64,000 nt of DNA from Planctomycetota bacterium (GTDB lineage Bacteria > Planctomycetota > MHYJ01 > WSZJ01), in the NCBI GenBank assembly GCA_038060895.1, contig JBBTCT010000001.1:64001-128000 (forward strand), in the 5' to 3' direction. Below are positions 53,576 to 60,741 of this stretch, piece by piece; the first letter of the stretch is position 1; each line of letters opens with the position of its first letter. The position numbers and the translations under genes were made by a program. The notes under the pieces were generated by a model, which searched no databases, was not told the DNA's origin, and worked only from the letters and a program-made list of their open reading frames with translations.

Positions 53576-55084
53576 TCATACCCCGGAAGCCGCCTGGATG
53601 GCACCCGAGGAAATGAGATCGCGGACGCGTTCGATGTCGGCCGACATCGCCCGGTCGCGATCCAGCCGCCTTGACTTCGAGCGGATCAGCCGGTGCACGC
53701 GCTCGAGGGCGGCGCTGGACCGGAGCGGACGGTGAAACTCGATTCCCTGCGCCGCGGCGATCAGTTCGATCGCGACGACACGCTCGACGTTGTCGAGGAT
53801 CCGGCGGAGCTTCAACACCGCCGTCACCCCCATGGAGACATGGTCTTCCTTGTTCGCGGACGTCGGGATCGAATCGACGGAGGCAGGGTGGGCGAACACC
53901 TTGTTCTCGCTGACCAGCGCGGCCGCAACGACCTGCAGGATCATCATCCCGCTGTTCAGGCCGCTCTCGCGGGAGAGGAAGGGCGGGAGGCCGCTCAGGT
54001 CCGGATTGACGAGGTTCTCCGTGCGTCGCTCGCTGATCGCGCCGAACTCGCAGATGCCGAGCGCGACGAAGTCGGCGGCCTGCGCGACCGGCTGGCCGTG
54101 AAAGTTGCCGCCGGAGAGAATCGCGCCGTCGTCCGGGAAGACAAGCGGGTTGTCGGTCGCGGAGTTCATCTCAATTTCGACCACGCGCTCCGCGAACGCC
54201 ATCGCGTCCCGCGCGGCGCCGTGCACCTGGGGCACGCACCGGAGCGAGTACTGGTCCTGCACCTTGCCGCAGTTCTTGTGCGACACGCGGATCGCGCTGC
54301 CTCTCATGAGATCCCGAACCCGCTTCGCCACCAGCCCCTGCCCCGGGTGAGGACGCACCTCCTGGATCCGCGCGTCGAACGCCGACGTCGTCCCCTTCAG
54401 CGCGTCCAGCGTCAGCGCCGCCGCGATGTCCGAAGCGTCGGCCAGCCGGCGGGCGCGCAGGAGGCTGATGGCGAGAAGCGACGACATGATCTGCGTCCCG
54501 TTGATGAGCGAGATTCCCTCTTTCGCGCCGAGCTGCAGCGGTTTCAGTCCCGCGAACTTCAAGGCCACCAGGCCGGGGACTCTCCTTCCGGACGGAAGGA
54601 ACGCCTCGCCTTCCCCGATGAGGACCAGCGCCAGGTGCGCCAGCGGCGCCAGGTCGCCCGACGCCCCGACGCTTCCCTGCTCCGGAATCACCGGGACGAC
54701 GCCCGAATTGGCGAGGTGAACGAGCTGGGCGACAACCCGGCGACGGACGCCCGAGTGACCGCGCACCAGCGTGTTCGCGCGAAGAAGGACGGCCACCCGC
54801 GCTTCGGCGGACGACAGCGGCGCGCCCACCCCCACGGCATGGCTACGCAGCAGGTTGAGCTGCAGGTCGCGGATCTGGGCGTCCGGAATCCGGACATTCG
54901 CAAGCCGCCCGAACCCCGTGTTCACCCCGTAGATCGCTTTCCCGGACGCCAGCAGCTTCTCGACCACTTTCCTCGCCGCGTCCACTCGCTTCCATGCCGC
55001 CGGAGCCACCCGCGCGGCATCGCCCCCGAGGAAGCGCGCGACGTCGTCCAGCGAGACTGACCGACCGTCGAGGCGAATGGGCAT
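53576..55084 (-). CDS. hutH: Histidine ammonia-lyase
   Basis: YGVNTGFG, NLLRSHAVG, MIO-forming GSVGASGDLAPLAH, KEGISLINGTQ, VQDQYSLRC, GGNFHGQP, SANKEDHVSMG. Confidence 0.95.
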   Translation of the reverse strand: MPIRLDGRSVSLDDVARFLGGDAARVAPAAWKRVDAARKVVEKLLASGKAIYGVNTGFGRLANVRIPDAQIRDLQLNLLRSHAVGVGAPLSSAEARVAVLLRANTLVRGHSGVRRRVVAQLVHLANSGVVPVIPEQGSVGASGDLAPLAHLALVLIGEGEAFLPSGRRVPGLVALKFAGLKPLQLGAKEGISLINGTQIMSSLLAISLLRARRLADASDIAAALTLDALKGTTSAFDARIQEVRPHPGQGLVAKRVRDLMRGSAIRVSHKNCGKVQDQYSLRCVPQVHGAARDAMAFAERVVEIEMNSATDNPLVFPDDGAILSGGNFHGQPVAQAADFVALGICEFGAISERRTENLVNPDLSGLPPFLSRESGLNSGMMILQVVAAALVSENKVFAHPASVDSIPTSANKEDHVSMGVTAVLKLRRILDNVERVVAIELIAAAQGIEFHRPLRSSAALERVHRLIRSKSRRLDRDRAMSADIERVRDLISSGAIQAASGV

Positions 55085-55090
55085 GCGGCG

Positions 55091-55119
55091 TGTGTAAACG
55101 TGGCAGAAGCCTGAGTCAA
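55091..55119 (-). promoter_or_regulatory. Sigma70 promoter positioned for a leaderless hutH mRNA
   Basis: TTGACT-17nt-TACACA-6nt-ATG. Confidence 0.5.
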
Positions 55120-55176
55120 GGAATGCAGAGCCTCACCCGCGCGATTTCTCCACAGCCTCAGTAGAATCCTTCAGCG

Positions 55177-55464
55177 ATGCCCCCCCTGAACGAGATCCTC
55201 TGCTCGCGCTGCCGCGCCCGGATTCCCGAAGCGGGCCCCCAGCGGCTATGCAGCAGATGCGTCGCCGAGCTCATGAAGTCCGACCACCGGGAGGAAGCGA
55301 AGGGCTTCCTGCCGGGCGACCACGTGCAGATCATTCAGGGGGTCTTTGCCGGCCAGTCGGCCGTCGTGGTGTCGGCGGACGAGGACGGCGTCGTGAGGGC
55401 GAGATCGGTGATCATGAAGATCCCGCTGGAAGTGGAATTCCTCCCGTGGCAGCTGGCGCGGTGA
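55177..55464 (+). CDS. Small zinc-finger + KOW (NusG C-terminal-like) protein
   Basis: CSRC-x11-CSRC, then FLPGDHVQIIQGVFAGQSAVV...IPLEVEFLPWQL; TAGAAT 9 nt upstream. Confidence 0.7.
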   Translation: MPPLNEILCSRCRARIPEAGPQRLCSRCVAELMKSDHREEAKGFLPGDHVQIIQGVFAGQSAVVVSADEDGVVRARSVIMKIPLEVEFLPWQLAR

Positions 55465-55488
55465 CGGGGGTCGACCGGCGGGGCGCCT

Positions 55489-56685
55489 CTACTCGTCCGC
55501 GACGCGCGGGATGCTGTCGCCCAGGATCTTGACGGCCGCTTCCATCTTTTTCTCCAGCTCTTCCCACTCCGCGCCGGGCTTGCGCCCCGCCGCGAGTTCC
55601 CGAACGTGGTCGAGCATCCGCATCGCCACCTTCTGGACCGATTCGGCCCTTGCGAAATAGGCTTCGGGCAGCTCGCCCGAGAGGTTGAGAGCCGCCTCCA
55701 TCAGCCGCCCTGAAATGTCGGTGGAGGCATCCGCCCAGCCTTCAGCGTCCGCCGCCGCCTTTTCGCGCCACCCCTTCACTTCCCCGGCAAGTTTCTGAAC
55801 TGTATCGAGGGCCGAATCGACTTTCGCGGCATCGATGATCTGCCCGATCCCGAGGAAATCGAGGTAGTGCTGGAAGTCCTCTTCCGCATCCGCCATCGCG
55901 AGGTCGAACTCCTTGGCATCGGGGCGCTTTGCGGCGGCCTTGCTGAAGTGGATCGTCGCCTGGTCGAGCAGCGGACAGACCTTCTGGAGAATCCAGTCAA
56001 TGCGCTGTTTGCCGCGGCACTCCATCCAGTAGAGCTCGGCTTTGCGGCGGCGGCCGTTGCGTTCCTTGACGGCATTGATCCGGCGGTCGGCGTCGCCGCG
56101 GAAATCCGGCCATCCGGCGTCGGCGGCGGCGCCCAGTTTCGCCCACTTGCGGCGGAGGGCGTCCAGGACGCGCCCGATGCGCGCCATGTCCTCGTACACC
56201 TCGCGGTCGGCCCTCGCGCGCATCGCAGGCAGGTCTTTCGCGGTGCCGACGTGAACGTCCGCACTGGCATGGGCCTGCCCGTCATCTCCCGGCGCATTCT
56301 CGTCGGGCCACGAAACGACCACGCGGTATTGACCCGGCCACGTCGCAAGCTCCGAGGACCCCATTTTGGCGCTGATCGAGCCGTCGCTGGAACGGACGTC
56401 GTCTTTGTCCACGTCGATCAGTTCCTCTTCGAAATCCGGATCCCCGGGAGCGACCAGGGCGGGCGGGATCTTGTACTGCCGGACGTAATAGAGGCGCAGG
56501 TCGAATCGCGTCCCCTCGGGCTTCGATGTCCTGGCGGCGAAAACGAAGGCCGACTGCCCCCGGGACTCCTCGAGCCGGACCTCCGCGCCCGTCACGGCGG
56601 AGGGCGACTCCTCCGCGAAGCCGCGAGAGGCGTACCCCGCCACGACCACGGCCACCAGCATCAGAACTCTCTGCATCAGTCTCAT
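55489..56685 (-). CDS. Secreted hypothetical protein
   Basis: GGGAGG RBS; signal peptide; beta-rich N-terminal half and helical C-terminal half. Confidence 0.7.
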   Translation of the reverse strand: MRLMQRVLMLVAVVVAGYASRGFAEESPSAVTGAEVRLEESRGQSAFVFAARTSKPEGTRFDLRLYYVRQYKIPPALVAPGDPDFEEELIDVDKDDVRSSDGSISAKMGSSELATWPGQYRVVVSWPDENAPGDDGQAHASADVHVGTAKDLPAMRARADREVYEDMARIGRVLDALRRKWAKLGAAADAGWPDFRGDADRRINAVKERNGRRRKAELYWMECRGKQRIDWILQKVCPLLDQATIHFSKAAAKRPDAKEFDLAMADAEEDFQHYLDFLGIGQIIDAAKVDSALDTVQKLAGEVKGWREKAAADAEGWADASTDISGRLMEAALNLSGELPEAYFARAESVQKVAMRMLDHVRELAAGRKPGAEWEELEKKMEAAVKILGDSIPRVADE

Positions 56686-56734
56686 GCTACACCCTCCCGG
56701 AATCCGTCGAGCCGGCAATCCAGCGGGGGCTCCG

Positions 56735-56785
56735 CCCTGAGCGAGCCCCCTGAGCGCCATCGGCGCGAAGGGGCGAGTCGAAGGG
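56735..56785. repeat. REP-like hairpin, copy 3 (nested)
   Basis: CCCTGAGCGAGC-[CCCCTGAGCGCC-ATC-GGCGCGAAGGGG]-CGAGTCGAAGGG. Confidence 0.75.
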
Positions 56786-56869
56786 AATTTCGCTTGTTGC
56801 ACCTCAGGAGCCTCCCTAGACTTTCCCCCCCTACCAACGAATTCGCCCGCGAAAGGGTCGGTTCTTCCC

Positions 56870-58198
56870 ATGATCGTCATGAAATTCGGCGGCACCTCGG
56901 TCGGCTCGGCCGACCGCATCATGAGCTGCGCCGAGATCGTCAAAAAGAACCTGCCGCGATCGCCGATCGTCGTGGTCAGCGCGCACTCGAAAGTGACCGA
57001 CATGCTGATCGCCGTGGCCCGGAAGGCCGTCAAGGGTCAGCCTGAGATCGACGAGATCCGGGAACGCCACCTGAAGATCATCGCAGACCTGGGACTGAAG
57101 CCGTCCCTGGTGGAGAAACTGCTCAACGAACTGGAAGTGCTTCTCAAGGGAATCTCCCTGGTCAAAGAGCTGACCCCGCGCACGCTCGACTACGTCCTCA
57201 GCTTCGGCGAGCGCATGAGCGTCCGGACCGTCACCGCAGCCTTCGAAAAAGCCGGTCTCCCCGCCACCGCGGTGGACGCCTTCGATCTCGGGCTCATCAC
57301 CGATTCGAATTTCGGAAGCGCCGTCCCGCTCGCCGAGGCGGACAACATCATCGCGTGGAACGTGAAGCGCTTCGAGAAGCTCCCCGTCGTCACGGGGTAC
57401 ATCGGCAAGAACAAGGAAGGTGACATCACGACGCTCGGCCGCAACGGGAGCGATTACACGGCGGCGATCCTCGGCGCGGCGTGCGCCGCGGAGGAGATCC
57501 AGATCTGGAGCGACGTCGACGGCGTCTGCAGCGCGGACCCGCAGATCGTGAAGGGCTCGCACTCGATCGACGAGATGTCGTTCGACGAGGCCAGCGAACT
57601 CGCGTACTACGGCGGGCGGATCCACCCGGCGACGCTCGTGCCGGCGGTGAAGAAGGACATCCCGATCCGCCTGAAGAACACCTACAAACCTGAAAACCCC
57701 GGCACCCTGATCCGGCGCAAAGTCGTGGTGAAAGGGATCGTGAAGAGCGTGGTCTACAAGGAGGACCTCTTCATGATCGACCTCATGAGCACGCGCATGC
57801 TCCAGCACCACGGATTCATGTCCCGGATCTTCGAGATCTTCGGCAAGTACGGGATCGTCGTGGACATGATCGCGACGAGCGAAGTGTCGGTCTCGCTGAC
57901 GGTAGACAGCGATCGAAACCTGGAACCCGCGATCAAGGAGCTGCAGGAGTTCGCGGACGTCCAGGTCGAGGGAGGCAAGGCGATCATCTGCGTCGTCGGC
58001 GAGGGGATCCGCAACCACATGGGCGTCCCGGGCCAGGTCTTCGGCGCGCTGGCGGGGGCGGGGATCGGCGTCCAGATGATCAGCCAGTCCGCAATGAACA
58101 TCAATATCGCGTTCCTGGTGAACAACGACCAGGTCGCCCTCGCCGTGGGGACGCTCCACGAGACGTTTTTCGGGAAGGGCGAAGCGACAGGCGGCTAG
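56870..58198 (+). CDS. lysC: Aspartate kinase
   Basis: MKFGGTSVG, VVVSA, SFGERMS, TTLGRNGSDYTA, IWSDVDG..SADP; two C-terminal ACT domains. Confidence 0.95.
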   Translation: MIVMKFGGTSVGSADRIMSCAEIVKKNLPRSPIVVVSAHSKVTDMLIAVARKAVKGQPEIDEIRERHLKIIADLGLKPSLVEKLLNELEVLLKGISLVKELTPRTLDYVLSFGERMSVRTVTAAFEKAGLPATAVDAFDLGLITDSNFGSAVPLAEADNIIAWNVKRFEKLPVVTGYIGKNKEGDITTLGRNGSDYTAAILGAACAAEEIQIWSDVDGVCSADPQIVKGSHSIDEMSFDEASELAYYGGRIHPATLVPAVKKDIPIRLKNTYKPENPGTLIRRKVVVKGIVKSVVYKEDLFMIDLMSTRMLQHHGFMSRIFEIFGKYGIVVDMIATSEVSVSLTVDSDRNLEPAIKELQEFADVQVEGGKAIICVVGEGIRNHMGVPGQVFGALAGAGIGVQMISQSAMNINIAFLVNNDQVALAVGTLHETFFGKGEATGG

Positions 58199-58233
58199 AA
58201 TCAACCCGCGCGCACTTTCCCGCCGCGCACACG

Positions 58234-58635
58234 ATGACCCTTCCCTACGAGCAGGAACGTCGCGAATTCGTCCGGGTCCGCCTCCAGATCCCGGTGCGCT
58301 ACAAGTTTCTCTCGAAGGTGCGAACCGGCGAGGCGATGGACGACGTGTACGAGGGCGCGACGACGAACCTGGGCGGTGGCGGGCTGCTGCTCCTGGGGAA
58401 AATCCCGGTCGTCGACTGGATTCCCGAACTGCTCATGCAGAAAATCGTGATCGGCGTGAACCTGCTTCTGCCGCACGACGAGGCGCCGATCAAGGCGCTG
58501 ACGCGGGTGGCCTGGGTGGAGACGTTTGACGAGACGACGATGAAGTGCAACCTGGGGCTGAAGTTCAAGGAGATCACCCAGGCGGACAAGGACCGGATAT
58601 TCAAGTTCGTGATCAAAGTCCAGATGCCGTCATAG
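58234..58635 (+). CDS. PilZ domain protein
   Basis: ERREFVR (RxxxR), TTNLGGGG, RVAW, GLKF. Confidence 0.85.
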   Translation: MTLPYEQERREFVRVRLQIPVRYKFLSKVRTGEAMDDVYEGATTNLGGGGLLLLGKIPVVDWIPELLMQKIVIGVNLLLPHDEAPIKALTRVAWVETFDETTMKCNLGLKFKEITQADKDRIFKFVIKVQMPS

Positions 58636-58650
58636 TCGTTCGACACGCTT

Positions 58651-58690
58651 GATTCCCGGGGTCGCGCCTTTCGGCCGCGCCCCCGGAATC
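58651..58690. terminator. Intergenic hairpin (possible terminator or mRNA stabiliser)
   Basis: GATTCCCGGGG...CCCCGGAATC inverted repeat without a U-tract. Confidence 0.35.
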
Positions 58691-58727
58691 AGTGCTGACT
58701 GACCACCAGCCGGACACAGGGAGAGCG

Positions 58728-59126
58728 ATGCCTCTCGAACCCGAACGACGGGATTTCGTTCGCGTGGCCGCGGACATCATCGTCCGCTACCGCTTCAGGT
58801 CCGTCCCGCGCAAAGACGCGGACGCGACCGACAAGGTGTTGTCCGGGGCGACGACGAACCTGTCAGGGGGCGGGCTTCTCCTGCGCGGGCCCATCCCGGA
58901 GATTTCCATTGTGACGCAGCTCGTCACCGGCAAGGCGACGCTCGACGTCGAGCTGACGCTTCCGTCCGACCCCCGACCGATCATGGCGAAAGCGCGGTGC
59001 GCGTGGGTAGAAACGGTGGAAGAAGAGACGCTGAGGTGCCACCTCGGCCTGCGCTTCACCGAAATCACGGCGGAGGACAAGGAGCGGATTTTCCGCTACG
59101 TCATCCGCGTGCAGATGCCGGTCTGA
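58728..59126 (+). CDS. PilZ domain protein (paralog)
   Basis: ERRDFVR, TTNLSGGG, RCAW, GLRF; GGGAG RBS. Confidence 0.85.
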   Translation: MPLEPERRDFVRVAADIIVRYRFRSVPRKDADATDKVLSGATTNLSGGGLLLRGPIPEISIVTQLVTGKATLDVELTLPSDPRPIMAKARCAWVETVEEETLRCHLGLRFTEITAEDKERIFRYVIRVQMPV

Positions 59127-59223
59127 GGGCTGCGGAGGGAGAGGCAGGCGGATGGTCGGCGAAATGCTGCCGCCCGCCCGCCTGCCTCTCCCTCCTTCGC
59201 CCTCAGACCGGCATCTGCACGCG
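59106..59223. repeat. 46-bp near-perfect inverted repeat overlapping the PilZ gene 3' end
   Basis: Arms 59106-59151 and 59178-59223, with one 3-nt internal mismatch. Confidence 0.85.
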
Positions 59224-59234
59224 CACCTAAAAAC

Positions 59235-60737
59235 ATGAAAGAATCCGACACCGTCGAGGAAGTCTCACCGGGCGCCTCCGTGGATTTCTGGCGAGCGCGG
59301 ATCACCGTGATCCTCGGGCCGATTCTGTTTGTGCTGATCTGGTTCCTGCCGCTGCCGCTTCCGGAGCAGGCTCACCGTCTGGCGGCGGTCATGGCGCTCG
59401 TGGTCACCTGGTGGATCGGCGAGCCGGTGCCCGTCGCCGTCACGGCGCTGCTCGGTCCTACACTGGCGCTGCTGGTGGGCGCGGTTCCCGGGAAGTCGGC
59501 CAGGGAGGCGGTGGAATTCGCCTACAAGGGTTTTGGGAACCCGATCCTGATGCTGTTTGTCGGGGGTTTCTTCATCGCCGAGGCCATGACCGTGCACGGC
59601 CTGGACCGCCGGATGGCGATGAGGATTCTCTCGTTCCGGGCATTCTCGGCCTCTCCGGCGCGGATGGTGGCAGGGCTGGGGCTTTGCTCGTGGCTTCTCT
59701 CTATGTGGATGTCGAACACGGCGACGACCGCGCTTCTCATCCCCATCGCGGCGGGGATGCTCTCGGTCTGCCGGGAAGGCCGGCCGATCGGGCGGCTGGA
59801 CGCCGCGGTCATGCTCATGCTCCCCTTCGCGGCGACGGTCGGCGGCCTCGGGACTCCTGTCGGCACGGCGCCGAACATGATCGGAATCGCGCAGATGACG
59901 AAAGAAGCGGGGCACACGTTCGGATTCGTGTCCTGGATGAAGTACGGCGTCGTGGTGGGCGGAATCATGATGGTCGCGCTGGCGCTGCTGTTGACGCGCG
60001 GCCTCGGCACGACGGGCGCGGACCTCCGGGGCCACGCGCTGGAAGAACGCAAGAAGCTCGGGCCGATGAAGCGCGGGGAGTGGATCACCCTGGCGTCCTT
60101 CGCGCTCGCCGTCTCCCTCTGGATCGCGACCGGACTCGTCCAGGCGATCGACTGGAAGCGGGCGTCGAACTGGCTCGAGGGGCATCTGCCCGAAGGCGCG
60201 ATCGCGCTGGTGGCCTCTTCCCTTCTGTTCGTCCTGCCTGCGGCCCGCGGCCGCCCTGCCCTGACGTGGAAGGAGGCGTCGCGCATCGACTGGGGGACGC
60301 TCCTCCTCCTCGGAGGCGGCCTGTGCCTCGGGGACCTGATGAAAGACACCGGCCTGTCCAAGGCGATCGGGGAAGGCGTCGTCGGTCACCTCCAGGTCAG
60401 GACCGCCTTCGGCCTGATGGCCGCTTCGGCCGGCCTCGCGATCGTGCTGTCCGAAGTGACGTCGAATACTGCCACGGCGACGATGCTCGTGCCGGTCGTG
60501 ATCAACATCGCGAAGTCGGCGGGCATCGATCCGATTCCGCCCGCGCTCGCGGCCACGTTCGGCTGCTCGTTCGGGTTCATGCTCCCGGTGTCGACGCCGC
60601 CCAACGCGCTGGCTTACGGCACAGGGATGGTCCCGATCGCGACGATGGTGAAGCGCGGGGCGATCTTCGACGTCATCGGCTTCGTGCTCATCGTGGTCGG
60701 AATTGCCACGCTGGTGCCCCTGTTCGGGCTGAAATAG
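59235..60737 (+). CDS. SLC13/DASS-family sodium:dicarboxylate/sulfate symporter
   Basis: WWIGEPVP, LSMWMSNTAT, GGLGTPVGTAPN, IDWGTLLLLGGG, SEVTSNTA, FMLPVSTPPNA. Confidence 0.92.
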   Translation: MKESDTVEEVSPGASVDFWRARITVILGPILFVLIWFLPLPLPEQAHRLAAVMALVVTWWIGEPVPVAVTALLGPTLALLVGAVPGKSAREAVEFAYKGFGNPILMLFVGGFFIAEAMTVHGLDRRMAMRILSFRAFSASPARMVAGLGLCSWLLSMWMSNTATTALLIPIAAGMLSVCREGRPIGRLDAAVMLMLPFAATVGGLGTPVGTAPNMIGIAQMTKEAGHTFGFVSWMKYGVVVGGIMMVALALLLTRGLGTTGADLRGHALEERKKLGPMKRGEWITLASFALAVSLWIATGLVQAIDWKRASNWLEGHLPEGAIALVASSLLFVLPAARGRPALTWKEASRIDWGTLLLLGGGLCLGDLMKDTGLSKAIGEGVVGHLQVRTAFGLMAASAGLAIVLSEVTSNTATATMLVPVVINIAKSAGIDPIPPALAATFGCSFGFMLPVSTPPNALAYGTGMVPIATMVKRGAIFDVIGFVLIVVGIATLVPLFGLK

Positions 60738-60741
60738 GCGC

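Noticed and set aside
53576-55084. hutH as the glutamate supply for the PGA cluster
   Set aside because: It is 11 kb away on the opposite strand with unrelated genes in between, and no hutU/hutI/hutG in the window.
56690-56869. Lysine riboswitch upstream of lysC
   Set aside because: The region is short, shared with a divergent gene and largely occupied by the REP-like hairpin; no L-box consensus seen.
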